A DNA stretch of 63,073 nt, counting the filler, from Octopus bimaculoides (Eukaryota), in NCBI RefSeq assembly GCF_001194135.2. It is 4 parts of 4 records of this genome, joined end to end, with 100 filler letters (N's around TTAATTAATTAA, not from the genome) between each part and the next. Parts side by side here need not be neighbours in the genome. Positions count along the whole stretch, not along the records: positions 46,170 to 63,073 come from NC_068995.1; 3 more parts are not named here. The stretch is one strand, 5' to 3'. A program made the translations under genes and the position numbers. The notes below the pieces were generated by a model, which was given only the letters and a program-made list of their open reading frames with translations, was not told the DNA's origin and ran no database searches. Position 1 is the stretch's first letter; every line of letters begins with the position of its first letter. Shown piece by piece: positions 49,461 through 63,073 of the stretch.

Positions 49461-49880
49461 TCATACTAGTTTGTGGTGTAGCTGTTGTTGTTACTAATTT
49501 TGTTTATGTTATACACGTATACGATTTTTGATGCCGACTTCTGACTGGGTTTGCAAGTGTATCAATTTGTATCACCATCATTTATTTGTTTAACATTCTT
49601 TTGAAATCTGTTAAACTTTGAAATTATTTTTCGTGCACTTTCTTTTCTTCATAGTGCCTTTTCCTACAAATACAATAAAATTCATCTTGAATACCAATAC
49701 AAAGAGAAGAATACGCAATATTGAAAACACAGATATTTTGTCTACCCTTGACATTAGGGTAGACATCCGCACTTTACAAAGTCCTCTGTTTGTAAAATAA
49801 TCACTAGACGAAAATTTATTTCATTAGAACTTGGTATTGATTCAATTTTGTCGGAGCAGTTTGAAAATAGGTCCGCTCAG

Positions 49881-49935
49881 GTTATAATAATAATAATAAT
49901 AATAATAATAGTAGTAGTAGTAGTAGTAGTAGTAA

Positions 49936-49992
<57 letters not shown>

Positions 49993-50062
49993 CGGCGGCG
50001 GCGGCGGCGGCGGCGGCGATGGTGGTGGTGGTGGTGGTGGGAATGATAATGATAATAATAAT
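49881..50062. repeat. (TAA)(TAG)(GCG)(GTG) compound microsatellite
   Basis: Direct tandem repeats. Confidence 0.95.
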
Positions 50063-50084
50063 GGAACTACTTCAAAATAAAATC

Positions 50085-50900
50085 AGTACGACTTGAAAAG
50101 TACTTAGAGCCAAGCAAAGGAAAAGTGATTAATGTAATAACAAGCATAACAGAAAAAAGCACCAGACAAAACTCTTCCCTATATATAAGTGAAGTACAGC
50201 AATAAAGTACTTACTGGAAACTAGCTATAATGAAGGAAAACCATTAGATGAGAAGAAAACGACAGAAACGATTAAAAAACACATAATCAAAACAAAATTC
50301 CATAGAATGCAAAAGAAAAAATTGAAGAGAAAAACTATTTCATGGTTAATATTCCTCAATAATCGAGATGAAGGTTGTGAGACAAATTAAAAACCAACAA
50401 TGGCCCAAGAACTCTTGGTTAAAAGCAGAAACAGAGAAACTGATTTTAGCTGAAGAGGAACAATGCCAAGACAAAATCTCTACAAAAGTAATGAAAAAAT
50501 ATGTTAACATCAAGTACAGATTTTGCCGACAACGGTGCTATGAGACAATCGTGTACATTCACAGACACGATCGACGTAATAGCTTTGTTCACTAGGCAAT
50601 ATACCAAAATTTCGATGTGAAAACGGATTAAAAGTGATATAAAGAAGTGATAAGCACTTGGTCAAAATAGCACCTTGATCATAATAATCTGGAACATACC
50701 TGGCCAGACGGCACCAGAAATATTGCCCGTAAAGAATTGGAGAACCTGTTGAAATATAGGACTTGAAATCCTGACAGATTGTTTGACAAGAAAATACACA
50801 TTAGCAAAAATAACAATTGGAACAATAGGTACAATAAAAAAAGTATACATAGGTGAATGCCTTAAAACTGTTTCCTTTGATATGTTTTGTTTCTTATTTC
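50085..50900 (+). mobile_element. Decayed R4/Dong 3' fragment
   Basis: WLKAETEKLILAEEEQ, RFCRQRCYETIVYIH, terminal TIGTIGTIK remnants. Confidence 0.55.
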
Positions 50901-51306
50901 CTCGATTAAAACGAAACAACGCTTTCGAACAACAGTGAAGTTGATGGATTGGCGGCAATGTGCTTGGCCGTTATTGTTGTTGGCGTTATTGCTCTTATTT
51001 TTTTGCTCTTTTTTTTGTGGTTGCGACTGTTTTTGTGTATATTTCTGTTGCTATTTTCAATATTGTTATTGCTGTGGCGTTGGTGATGGGGATGTTCGAT
51101 TGATTTATGGAATTTATTTCTCGAACTTTTCGGATTTCAATTTGGGAGGAAAGCATTTTTTGTGTCAACTGTTTCCGTTGTATTTCTCTCGTCATTCACG
51201 GCAAAGGCCGCTTGCGATTGGCTGGAATAAATCTCGTTTCAGGACAAGTCGGAGAGACCCCGGGGAAGAGGAGGGACGTGTTTGTATACGAGTTGTATGC
51301 CAATGA

Positions 51307-51368
<62 letters not shown>

Positions 51369-53298
51369 TTGTGTTTCGGTGGACAGGTCTGAGGCAAGAG
51401 ATGAGCGTTTCTTTTGTGGTGACGGTGGCTGCGGAACTTTCTGTTTGCGATGAAAGGTCGGTTTCTGCTATTGCCGTTACTGTTGATATTGTTGTTGTTG
51501 CCGCTACTGCTGCTGTTGAAGTTGCAGCTACTGCTTTTGTAGCTGCTGGAGCTGTGTCTGTTCATTGGTCTCTGTAGTTATTGGTATTATTGTTGTTGTG
51601 CAATCGACAACAGTGCAGTATTTTCTTTATTGCTCACTGCTATGAGCAGAATGTTCTTAAGTGATTGTTTGCACCACATGTATGACACGTAGGCCTTATA
51701 CCTTCCACAGTAACAGACAAATGTGCGCTGTTTGGCAGATCGACCAGTTATAGATCAATTTTCGAACTCGTTTTGATCTATTTGCATCAAGACTTCAACC
51801 CCTTATGTATCACCAGTCTTCCAGGTGCAACTAGTGCGCTTTGACGATGCTCTCGTCGTTCTCCTGATTTTGTACGGTGAATGCAGCATCCCCCAGACAT
51901 TCATTTCCGGTAGCATATCAGCCACCGTCACTTTCTTCACTCATCGTTCCATAAATGACGGGATGAAGATGTCTTCCTCAATTTTTAGCTTGGTGGTAGA
52001 ATATCTATTCGCTTCGTTCTCCGGGTAAAGACGTTTACCGTCCACATAATGTTTAAAGTGATTAAGTTTTGTATCAGCAAACTACCTAATACTCCTACTC
52101 CTCTCTCCTTCAATGTTACGTAAATTGACGGACTCCCATATGAGGACTAGTGTGAATATACGCTAGCCAAAGTAATAGAAAAGATATTATCGTTCTGTGG
52201 GAATTTAGTAATCAAACTGGTTGAGCTATTCAGGCCAATAGACCAGATATTGTGATAAAAATCTGTTTTGCTCAATCCCGGCAAACTGAAACAATTCAGT
52301 AAAAACCTTTGAAAAGTTAATGCAAGGTCCTTGAAAGAGAGGTTTTAAAAATGCGGTATCTAAGAACAACAACTTTAACCGTGATGATCGGGGCTTTGAG
52401 AATAATACCAAATGGCGATCTTAATCACTATGGCCAAATACCGGGAAGCCCCCAAGTACCAGAGCTACAAAACGTTGTTCTCATGGGGACTACCCACATC
52501 CTAAGAAAAACATTGTCAACCTGAAAATATTTTCTTAAACTTTACAAAATTGAAATATTACAAATCTAACAGAATCTTAGTTCTCAGATTCTGGTTTTCT
52601 TCCCCTACAATATACCATTGCTAATCATAAATAGCACCCATTGAAACATCTAATTTACTGATAGTTGAAGCCTCTGGGTGAGACTTGAAACAGCTCGTAT
52701 AAAACAAAGCAACAACAACGTAAATAATAATAATCGACACGGGAGGGAGGAAAAGCAAAGTTGATCCCAATGAGATTCGAACTCAGAACGGAAAAAGATA
52801 GAACAAATGACGCAAATTCCGACACGCTAACGATTCTGTCAGTATGCGGTTATCTTCGGACTATAGCGATCGAAAAACTATTTAGATGACAATTACGGCG
52901 GATAGCGATAGTGGCACAACAATGGCGGCGTCACGATGAAAGTAAATGTTTAATACATTAAATTGATTTGCAAATAGAATAAAAATTAGACGGTAAACCA
53001 CTGCTGAAATATACTTTGAGTTGGCAAATAGCAGCATATATCGATGGCGGCGAGCTTAACGAAACTAATGACATGAAGCCATTATATTGTTGTCAGTCGA
53101 TTTGTTGGTTTTTCTCGAACTAATATGGCCGACAAGCAATAGCTGAGTAAGCCTGTTCAAAGTCTAATTCTGACATAAATGGATCTAAATAAACCCATTT
53201 ACGTTGCTTTATGTGCTATTTCGTTTGTCAGAATTAGGGCTAAGCGTGGATGAAATGCTGGAAATTACAGAGATCTGATAACTTTTATCATACTCTAC

Positions 53299-53335
<37 letters not shown>

Positions 53336-53844
53336 GAATTCTGTGTGGTTATTCGGAGAGCTCCATTGAAAAATAGAATTCATACTTTAAAACTGAATGC
53401 AAATAGCATTAAGAAAAACAAAACAATAACAACAAAAAGAAGCTTTTAGGTCTGACCGCCCCGCCCACAAGAAATGAAGCGGAATTAAGTCCTTTGATCT
53501 CCTTAAATAGCTAATAAAAGATTACAAGTTGAGCAAGTACATTGGAAAGTGGTTTAGTCTAAATAGTATTTTAAGTAACTGATCTACGTGTACACCAAGC
53601 CTTGCTTGCTTTCATACAGTCGTGTTTAATAAAATGCGTAGCTCGTATAAAATATGAAACACTGACAGTGAAGAATGCTACAATTCTGTACAATAAAAAA
53701 AAAAGAAGAGAAAAAAAAACAACAACAATTGCAACATACCAGCAACTAGGAAGGATATTTGGCATTAAATGATTTTCTAAGATTCTTGGCTGGAAATAAA
53801 GCCACTACAGCAACAGCAACAGTAACAATAATAATAAAAATAAT

Positions 53845-54272
53845 TCGCTCAAATTTTGGTACGCAGCCAGCAATTTAGTGGGGAGGGGTTAATCGATTAG
53901 ATCAACGTTCTTACTCAACTGGTACTTTATTTTATCGATCCTCAAACGATGAAAGGCAAAGTTAACCTCGGTGTAATTTGAACTCAGAACGTAAAGCAGG
54001 AAAAAATAAATCTAAGCATTTTACCCGGAGTGCTAACGATTCTGCCAAGTTGCCATCTTTGTCGGAGTAATTCTTTCTACTATAGACACAAGATCTGAAA
54101 TTTTATGCAGAGGGCCTAGTCGATTGCATCGACCTAGTGTTCGACTGGTATTTATGTTATCGACACCGAAATGATGAAAGTCAAATCGACCTCGGACGAA
54201 TTTGAACTTTGAACCTAAAACCAGAAGAAGGGCTAAGCATTTTGTTCGGCGTGCATACAATTTTGCTAGCCA
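53845..54272 (-). mobile_element. Two tandem SINE family A copies (53845-54058 and 54065-54272)
   Basis: Each has GATGAAAG.CAAA...ACCTCGG...ATTTGAACT...CTAAGCATTTT. Confidence 0.8.
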
Positions 54273-54400
54273 TAATAATATAGTAATGACTCCAGAAAAA
54301 GAGGTTCTTTCTAATTGACAATTAATAATCCTTGAAGACGAATACAGTGAAATTATCGAAATATATATAAAAGAAAATTGGAATTTGTTAACAGAAAAAA

Positions 54401-54457
<57 letters not shown>

Positions 54458-54611
54458 TTATTTATTTATTTCATCATCTGCAAATTCTTAGAGTAGCTAA
54501 TATGAAGAGAAAAGAATAACTATGTAAAGGAAGGTCCCCGCATTATATTATCAAAAGCTGTTTCTGGGCTTGGGCATATGTATCAATTTTTGGCCGTATT
54601 ATAACAGTAAC

Positions 54612-54783
54612 AAAGGCGACGAGCTGACAGAATCGTTAGCACACCGGGTAAAATGTTCAGCGGCATTTCGTCCGTCTTTACATTCTTTATTTAAATTCCG
54701 CCAATTCCGTCGTGTACCGGGTCGATGTAATCGACTAGCACTCTCCCCGAACTTGCTGGCCTTGTACCAAAATTTGAATCCAA
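54612..54783 (+). mobile_element. SINE family A copy, internally deleted
   Basis: GGCGACGAGCTGACAGAATCGTTAGCAC...GGCCTTGTACCAAAATTTGAA. Confidence 0.8.
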
Positions 54784-55234
54784 TATTATAGCAGAAAATA
54801 ACAACAACTTGTCTACACTCATCCTCATAAAGTGTGATACACTGGACGGTCAGAAGATTCCATTTCTTTTCAAACCAGAGTTAATCCTCACGTCATTTGC
54901 GAATCTTCCCAAAATCTCATGCATCAATAAGAAAATAACAGATAAACAAGTACTTATTCTAAGCAAACAACAGATAGCATTATCTCTCAGGATAACTCAC
55001 TGGCTTAATTATTATTGCAGCTGACTTTTCCTGTAGAAAGAACTCAACTCATTTCTACAAGCTTATAAAATACTAATCAATTCCAAAATTAATTCCATTC
55101 TAGTTCTTGGTTAAAGACTTACCTGCATTGGGTCATTTCTAATTACGTTTTACATGCGCTTCAGCTAATTACACTTAATATACAGCAGCAACAGCAGCAT
55201 AGTTTGTTGTTATGTAATACTGAGGTTAGTGTTT

Positions 55235-55430
55235 AAGCTGACGAGCTGGCAAAGTCGTTAGCACGACGGGTAAAATGCTTAGCAACAATTCGTCCTTTGT
55301 TACGTTCAGAGCTCCAATTCTGCCGAGGTCGATCTTGCCTTTCACCATTTTGAGGGCCGATATACAGTCGAATATAATCGACTTACCGGCTACCCGGAAT
55401 TTGAGGGCTCTGTGCCAAAATTTGAAACCA
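55235..55430 (+). mobile_element. SINE family A copy
   Basis: GACGAGCTGGCAAAGTCGTTAGCACG...CTGCCGAGGTCGATCTTGCCTTTCA. Confidence 0.8.
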
Positions 55431-55924
55431 GTAATGAGGCTAGTTTCTCTTGTGAATAGAATTTACTGCCATAACTCAGTTTCTCTTCCAGGGGCAACAG
55501 ATATCACGCAACTATTTTATATATTCAAGTATGTATAAATTCACACATACATACATACATACATACATACATACATACACATATATATATGTACACATGC
55601 ATAGACAAAGATATATNNNNNNNNNNNNNNNNNNNNNNNNNNNNNNNNNNNNNNNNNNNNNNNNNNNNNNNNNNNNNNNNNNNNNNNNNNNNNNNNNNNN
55701 NNNNNNNNNNNNNNNNNNNNNNNNNNNNNNNNNNNNNNNNNNNNNNNNNNNNNNNNNNNNNNNNNNNNNNNNNNNNNNNNNNNNNNNNNNNNNNNNNNNN
55801 NNNNNNNNNNNNNNNNNNNNNNNNNNNNNNNNNNNNNNNNNNNNNNNNNNNNNNNNNNNNNNNATATATATGAAGACGTATGGCTCGTGGTTAAGGCGTC
55901 GGGCTCACAGTCATTACGATCCAA

Positions 55925-57420
55925 TCAACAGCAGACCATTTCCGTCCAAAACCACCATATACAAAGAAAAATGAAAAATAAATTAAATAATACCTGTATT
56001 ATTCAATCCAAGGATAACAAACGGGAGGTACGTACTTTAAACTTGTTACCCAAAAAGTACCAAAATCTACAAGTGCAAAACCATTTAACACTAGAAATAA
56101 ACGGACCAGCACCCTACGAAAATGATGACCATCAAAACAAAGGGCCAGACGTTATTCCTCATGTCCCGCAAATAAAATCAAAAAAGCATAAATGGAGACG
56201 TGAGGAATATATTTCAATCCTACACGCTTATTTTACAGCAATGCTCTAACCACAGAACGAAAACACAACAATATATGCATATAAAATCTGGAAGAAAATT
56301 AACCTACATAAACATTTAGATACAGCAATGAACCTTAATAAACTAGCAAACATACGGAGATATATTCTCAAAACAAAAGAAAAAAAAATCAGAAACAGAA
56401 ATAGAACACAAGGAAAAATACAACAGGAAAACGCAGATAGTAACCACACAGCAATGCCAAATAATATCATAAGAACTGGGACAATAAAGACAGACGTAAC
56501 ATATCCAACAAAAACGACGTAAACAACGAAAGACAACAAACCCAGACCGTAGGAATGTATAATGATGAGCAAAATGCATCAAAGCAGAACATCACAGACA
56601 AAAATATGAACGGGAGGGAATACGAAATAAATCTAAAACCTGGAAACAGCCAAGGTGAAACTAATGATTATGATACTTTAAAAATGATCATAATCAAAGA
56701 ATTGAAAGCCATCGATTATACCTCTTAAAAATTAAAATTGATAATAAAGCAACATCAATAATAAATAGCATGAACCTGGCTGTCACAGAGCTAATAGCCA
56801 CAGAAACAAATGTCAATATGATCAGGCAAAATGATATAATGTATACAGAAGCCTCTGTGGCCACAAAAGAAGCTCGATACCCACTAAAACCTATCCAAAC
56901 AGGAGCATCACCACCCAAACAAACTCTGTGGATAAATAATATCCAGAAAAAATAGAAAATAAGAGAAAAGATCTGTCAATCCTTAATGAAACTAGTAGAC
57001 AACCAACACTACTAAGCAACAAGAAGAGAAGAAAAATATTGTGTAAATACAAAATTATAGAACAAGGTATATCTGAGGTAAAAGAACAGCTAAAGCAAGA
57101 TATCCTTGCCAAAGCACAAAGTGTTGGCCGGTGTGAGAAACGCCAACGTTTCTTTGGAGAAAACAGTCCAGATCCAAGCCCAAAAGATTCTACCAAGAAC
57201 TTGGCAAAAATAGATTAGACATCAATGCAGCACCAACAGCAGAAGAAATGGAAGAATTTTGGAAAGAAATATGGTCGGCGAAGGACCAACCTCAGTACAG
57301 ATATATCAAAACAACAAACACGCTGGACCCCTGTAACAACTGAAGAAGCAAATTTTCGAAGAAATTTGAAAACAGATGGTTAACAAACGTCAGCCCCACC
57401 CCAGAAGGGCAGCTGGCTTG
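55925..57420 (+). mobile_element. R4/Dong 5' region (N-terminal part of the ORF up to the RT), decayed
   Basis: KHKWRREEYISILHAY, WINNIQKKIENKRKDLSIL...KYKI...EQLKQDILAKAQSVGRCEKRQRF, PTAEEMEEFWKEIW. Confidence 0.75.
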
Positions 57421-57884
57421 CAAAACGATTTAACCAACAAAATACAGTATAGAACCTTTTAAACAAGTGAATTAAACATAAACTTACAGTGCTCCANNNN
57501 NNNNNNNNNNNNNNNNNNNNNNNNNNNNNNNNNNNNNNNNNNNNNNNNNNNNNNNNNNNNNNNNNNNNNNNNNNNNNNNNNNNNNNNNNNNNNNNNNNNN
57601 NNNNNNNNNNNNNNNNNNNNNNNNNNNNNNNNNNNNNNNNNNNNNNNNNNNNNNNNNNNNNNNNNNNNNNNNNNNNNNNNNNNNNNNNNNNNNNNNNNNN
57701 NNNNNNNNNNNNNNNNNNNNNNNNNNNNNNNNNNNNNNNNNNNNNNNNNNNNNNNNNNNNNNNNNNNNNNNNNNNNNNNNNNNNNNNNNNNNNNNNNNNN
57801 NNNNNNNNNNNNNNNNNNNNNNNNNNNNNNNNNNNNNNNNNNNNNNNATAATTGATACTCCAATTAATACTGTTAAACTAAGCA

Positions 57885-57950
<66 letters not shown>

Positions 57951-58595
57951 ATATGGCGGCTTCTGCACAGCTTTTGTCTGCCAAATTTTACTCGCAAGAC
58001 ACCAGCTAATTAGAAGCTGAAGTAGAAAAACTTGAAAAGAAAAAAACATGCCCAAAACGACACAGCAGTGGAGCGAACCAGGAGTGACACGTGTGCCAAG
58101 TGAACGTTTTAGTCGGTCTACTATGCCTGCGCCAAGAAAATTTTGCCTTGTGCCAGAATATGTTGAAGACTTTGCGGATGTGAGGTACCAACTGCTTCAA
58201 GAAACTAAGAGAAATCAATAACTCATAGCAATGTCGAAATATAAAAAAATATAAAAATCCATTTTTGAAAAGAAAAGAAAAAGAAAATATTAAAAGTTTT
58301 TCTGCCATTAAAATATTTTTTATAGAAAACTTCAAAAGTAAAGGAGAAAAAAATATTAAAAATAAAAATTAAAAAAAGAAAGAAAATGAGAAAAGAAATA
58401 TAGTTATTTTTATCGCATCAAGATCATGAAATGGATTTAACCTTTAAAATGGTACCCTTTGATCTAAATATTCTAAATGGCAAAAACAGTGGTGCTGTTT
58501 TTCTTGTGTTCAGGAAGAAATATAGACACTGTACAAGACTTAATTACATCTACTAGGCATAGAAAATCATCGGTAGCAATGGAGAGATAGAGAAC

Positions 58596-58644
<49 letters not shown>

Positions 58645-59404
58645 GGAGGAGGAAAGAGATCTCATGAAATTTGGTTCTTTCGAAGCACGATTAAGGCCAA
58701 GACTGTTTACAGAAAGAGAAAGTTCTTTAGGTAATGATTTCTTTGGAGATTCTAAGATATCCATTTGTGAGGTTTCAAATTTGAGCCTGCAGCTACGTGA
58801 TGCATGAATTCTTTCATAATAACTGTTTGAAATCATTAAATGAGTTCCAACGACTGTTCGCAAATAAATAAGTAAAATATTTAAAAAATAATATAAAAAT
58901 GTAACTGAAAAAAAAAAAGAGAAAATATCAATAAATAGAAAAAGAAAAATTCACACAAAAATAAATATATAAATACGATAAACAAAAACTAAATAAACCA
59001 GCCAGATGTTTCAAGTTTGGCTAAAGAAATTATTGAAGCAAACTGAAGTAGGAAACCCGCAGGCGATACCATAAATATATTTAGACTGTAGTTTTATTGT
59101 CCTACAATTTTGATTTAACCCAGTCTGTCTTTGGACAAATTTAGGTCGTTATTTAACTCTGGTGCGGTTCTGATCGAGCTGGTAGGGTTATGATTAAACG
59201 TATTCCATCTATGATCACCCCGTTGTTTTTCAGGCGTCTTACAAGTAATACTACATTAGCCTAAGTAATCTCACTTATATATTCTTAAAGATGGCAGGGT
59301 ATGATATAAAAGGAATGTTTCGTTGCTAATTCTAGCAGATCGATAGGCCACGTAAAGATTCCTTTGCTGGATAATTTAGGGTTGTAATTTTAAGTTAACG
59401 TATT

Positions 59405-60262
59405 GATATGATTGTGCAGTTAAGAAGAATGCTTTGTACTACATAGTTTAGTCCAATGCCATGTGAGTGAATTTGGTAGGCAGAAACTGTGTGGAAGCTC
59501 GTCGGTGCTCTAGCTCAAGATAGTACTCTCCAGCATGGTTGCAGTCAAATAACTGAAACAAGTGAAAAGAGTAAAATAATAAAAATATATATATATATAN
59601 NNNNNNNNNNNNNNNNNNNNNNNNNNNNNNNNNNNNNNNNNNNNNNNNNNNNNNNNNNNNNNNNNNNNNNNNNNNNNNNNNNNNNNNNNNNNNNNNNNNN
59701 NNNNNNNNNNNNNNNNNNNNNNNNNNNNNNNNNNNNNNNNNNNNNNNNNNNNNNNNNNNNNNNNNNNNNNNNNNNNNNNNNNNNNNNNNNNNNNNNNNNN
59801 NNNNNNNNNNNNNNNNNNNNNNNNNNNNNNNNNNNNNNNNNNNNNNNNNNNNNNNNNNNNNNNNNNNNNNNNNNNNNNNNNNNNNNNNNNNNNNNNNNNN
59901 NNNNNNNNNNNNNNNNNNNNNNNNNNNNNNNNNNNNNNNNNNNNNNNNNNNNNNNNNNNNNNNNNNNNNNNNNNNNNNNNNNNNNNNNNNNNNNNNNNNN
60001 NNNNNNNNNNNNNNNNNNNNNNNNNNNNNNNNNNNNNNNNNNNNNNNNNNNNNNNNNNNNNNNNNNNNNNNNNNNNTTTGTATGTATGAATGTGTGAGCT
60101 TGTCACTACCCCCACCCGCTTGGAAACGGTGTTGGTTTGCTTACGTCCCCTAACTGACTGGTTCGGTAAAGACACCAATAAAATAAGTACTTAACTTTAA
60201 AACTTAGAAGTGAGGTTGATTTGTTCAACTGAAGACTTCAAGAGAGTGCCTTAACATGGCCA
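59405..60262 (+). mobile_element. Degenerate SINE family B segments on either side of an N gap
   Basis: GTGAGTGAATTTGGTAGGCAGAAACTG, CTCCAGCATGGTTGCAGTCAAATAACTGAAACAAG, GTTTGCTTACGTCCCC. Confidence 0.55.
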
Positions 60263-60331
60263 AACACTGGAACAATTAAAATGCAAAATAAAAAAGTAGC
60301 AAACAAAACCTTATTGACAGGAAGAGTAAGA

Positions 60332-60373
<42 letters not shown>

Positions 60374-61169
60374 TAGAGAGAGAGAGAAAGAGAGAGAAAG
60401 AGAGTGAAAGACACAAAGAGAGAGAGGATGATGATGATAGAAAAGAAATGAGTCCTTGAGTAAATTGTACAGCAACCCTTCACGAAGTCACTGTGGAGAG
60501 ATAGCTATGGTTGACCCGACCCATGGAAATTTAATCAGATCTGTGACAAGGACTAGTTAAATGGTATCTATAACTATCTTGCGTTCACTGTTGTTGTTAC
60601 TTTGCTGATCAAGCCGAACTCTCATCAAAAACAGATCGGCCATGACCATCCGTTCTCTTACATCAGCCATGATATATCTAGTATTATATGGAATCTTGTC
60701 TTCACGTTTAAGACAGCCGAGTGTAAATCGAGTAGATTTGACTGCTATTTTTAACAGAGGCTCTATGATAATGAAAGATAATTTAACAAAGAGGCTTACA
60801 GACTCTTTAGAACTTAAAAACATTTGGTTTCCAGTTTAAAGACAGATGAGTGCTTGACAGAGATTAGAATGGTTCGCTGAAAAGATTTAACATAAATAAG
60901 AAGAGAATAATCACAGAACTAAAAACATCATTAGAAGGATCCTGGTTCTCAAAGATTGAAAAATTTACTACCTATAACATTACTATAAGTTTGGTTGCTC
61001 TATCAAAACGATGTTTTATGTAATGTAGCATTTGAGAAGGTTTGATCACATTGATGTCAAGATAACAGAGTTTGTAGCTCCCCGATAGTCAGAACTTCGA
61101 CTGCATTTGATATCGGGACAAGTTTAATCACTCGAATACTGAAATAATTTCCTCCTCACACACACACAC

Positions 61170-61243
<74 letters not shown>

Positions 61244-62939
61244 TGTGAAAATCTTTTCTTGACAATGAAATATTCTACTTCATTTTTAGCTGTATTCCAA
61301 TGGTTGAAACGCTTTTATTTGCGTTTATATTCATTTCATATAGCTCAACCTACCTGCTCACACATACACTAACGTGGAAACGGACCCTTACTGAAGTTAG
61401 TACTTTGACAGTGCCTCTTGGACGATGTCAAGCAGCTATAGTCATACTTTGTGAGGTATACATTTCTGAAACTCTTTCTTTTGACCGAGCTGAAGTCCTA
61501 ATTCAAGTGCAGGGCGAGATTGGGCTTTTAGAATCTGAAGTGTTATCTAACATGCAGTGCACTCAGTAAACTAGATCACGTGGTCATCTATGCTGACGTA
61601 TTATAGAAAAATGGTTGATGAAGAATATGAGGAGATACTAGGTAGTCTCTTCTGGAAGACTTTCTGGTTTTGTATTATGGACATTTTCAAAATCGTTTGG
61701 CTTGGCAATGCCATAGAGGGTGTTACCTGTTCGGGATGAGCCCTACAGTTATGACCGTGTTTTAGTTGCCCGCAAACAAACTGGTGTGAGATGCATGCAA
61801 TGTTGATTTGTGGGTTTATATCGAAAAGCTGCTAACACATGCTTGATGCATACCGCTATCAGCCAAATCCGGCATGGAGTTCGAACAAGCACCTTCCTTC
61901 GGTAATGAAGGGTAAACAAGTTTCTTCCGTCCGAAGATATGGCACAGGAAATTATATGGTGCTCGGGCTGAATGACTTGAGGACAAAGCATTCCCCTCAT
62001 AAAAAAAGCCTATATGAACTATATGAACATGAAATGGTGAAGGCAGAAAAAGAGGTACATTTCGCTAGTAAGATATATAAAAAGTGGGTGAAAGAAGAAA
62101 AATTGGCATGAATAAATGAGCACATACTAACCTCACGTTTATAGATTTGCCACAAGGACCAGAATTGAATGATACAGAAATCGTTTTCAAGAATTCTTAC
62201 AAGTAATCTTGGTAGTATCTATATGGGCTGTGGCCATATAGAATGAAGTGTTCATTCTTGTCCAGAGACTCAGCAAAATGATCATAGGAAATTTTAATAC
62301 TGATTTCAGAGTAAGTATTTTGAAATCTTATCCACTTCGCATTAATAATTCAGTACTTTTGTAAGCCTTTGAAAAGTCATTACCATAATATTTAACAAGG
62401 GAAATATATAGCCATTAATCATTTTGCTATATATTTGCTTAAGACGTTCTTTAATTCTATATCTGCAAGACGTCTCATTTTAAAATGTTCACATTTAAAT
62501 TCTAACCAACAATTATAATTTTGAATAATAACGTTTAATAAGAACTTTTTAATAATTCAAACACCATACAACGAAAAAAAATTTTTAGTAAATCCTTCCA
62601 AATCATGAAATATTTTCAAAATTAATTGAAATTTAATCTGTAATTTATTGGAAATATAGTCATGTAAAGGTTATCCACTAACTCTTCCATAATTATAAAT
62701 TGCCTACGTGCATCGATTAATTTTGGAATTAATCAAGAATTTTTCCAGTGGAGGAGATTTAATAGAGCATAATAACTTAATATTCATTATCAAGCTGGAT
62801 GTTTGCAATATAATTAAACAAATGGTTCTTATAAAAAACGATGGAGCGTTTTTTTAAAATTTAAATTTGAACTTATAAAAAAAACGTATTACATCCAATA
62901 TTGGAGGCGTTATCAGGTGTTGTTGGTAGCCAATGAGTT

Positions 62940-62940
62940 A

Positions 62941-63034
<94 letters not shown>

Positions 63035-63073
63035 AGAAGAAGAAGAAGAAGAAGAAGAAGAAGAAGAAGAAGA
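62940..63073. repeat. (AAT)n followed by (GAA)n
   Basis: Direct tandem repeats. Confidence 0.97.

Noticed and set aside
51660-52500. Possible decayed L1/Tx1 region on the minus strand
   Set aside because: Similarity too faint to call by eye

Overview
AT-rich, microsatellite-dense, gap-containing animal genomic DNA. The interspersed repeats look like those of Octopus; this is pattern recognition, not a database result. I find no confidently supported host protein-coding gene. Almost all ORF-track entries are simple-repeat read-throughs, N-gap artefacts or fragments of decayed retroelements. The window holds several tRNA-headed SINE families, about 10 fragments of R4/Dong-type restriction-like-endonuclease (RLE) LINEs sitting in or next to (TAA)n tracts, Tx1/L1-like and CR1/Jockey-group LINE fragments, and Penelope-like element (PLE) fragments. 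The most interesting signal is a ~270-300 nt unit: tRNA-like head (A and B boxes), then (AAT)n, then a minimal type I hammerhead ribozyme (CUGAUGA-A-stem II-GAAAC-GUU) tail. It occurs as four complete or near-complete copies plus partial arms. One copy lies directly behind a PLE GIY-YIG C-terminus. Others start exactly at the tRNA +1 and form inverted insertions flanked by target-site duplications. This suggests a Pol III-promoted, ribozyme-bearing SINE-like derivative mobilised by a Penelope element. A few isolated exon candidates are reported at low confidence.
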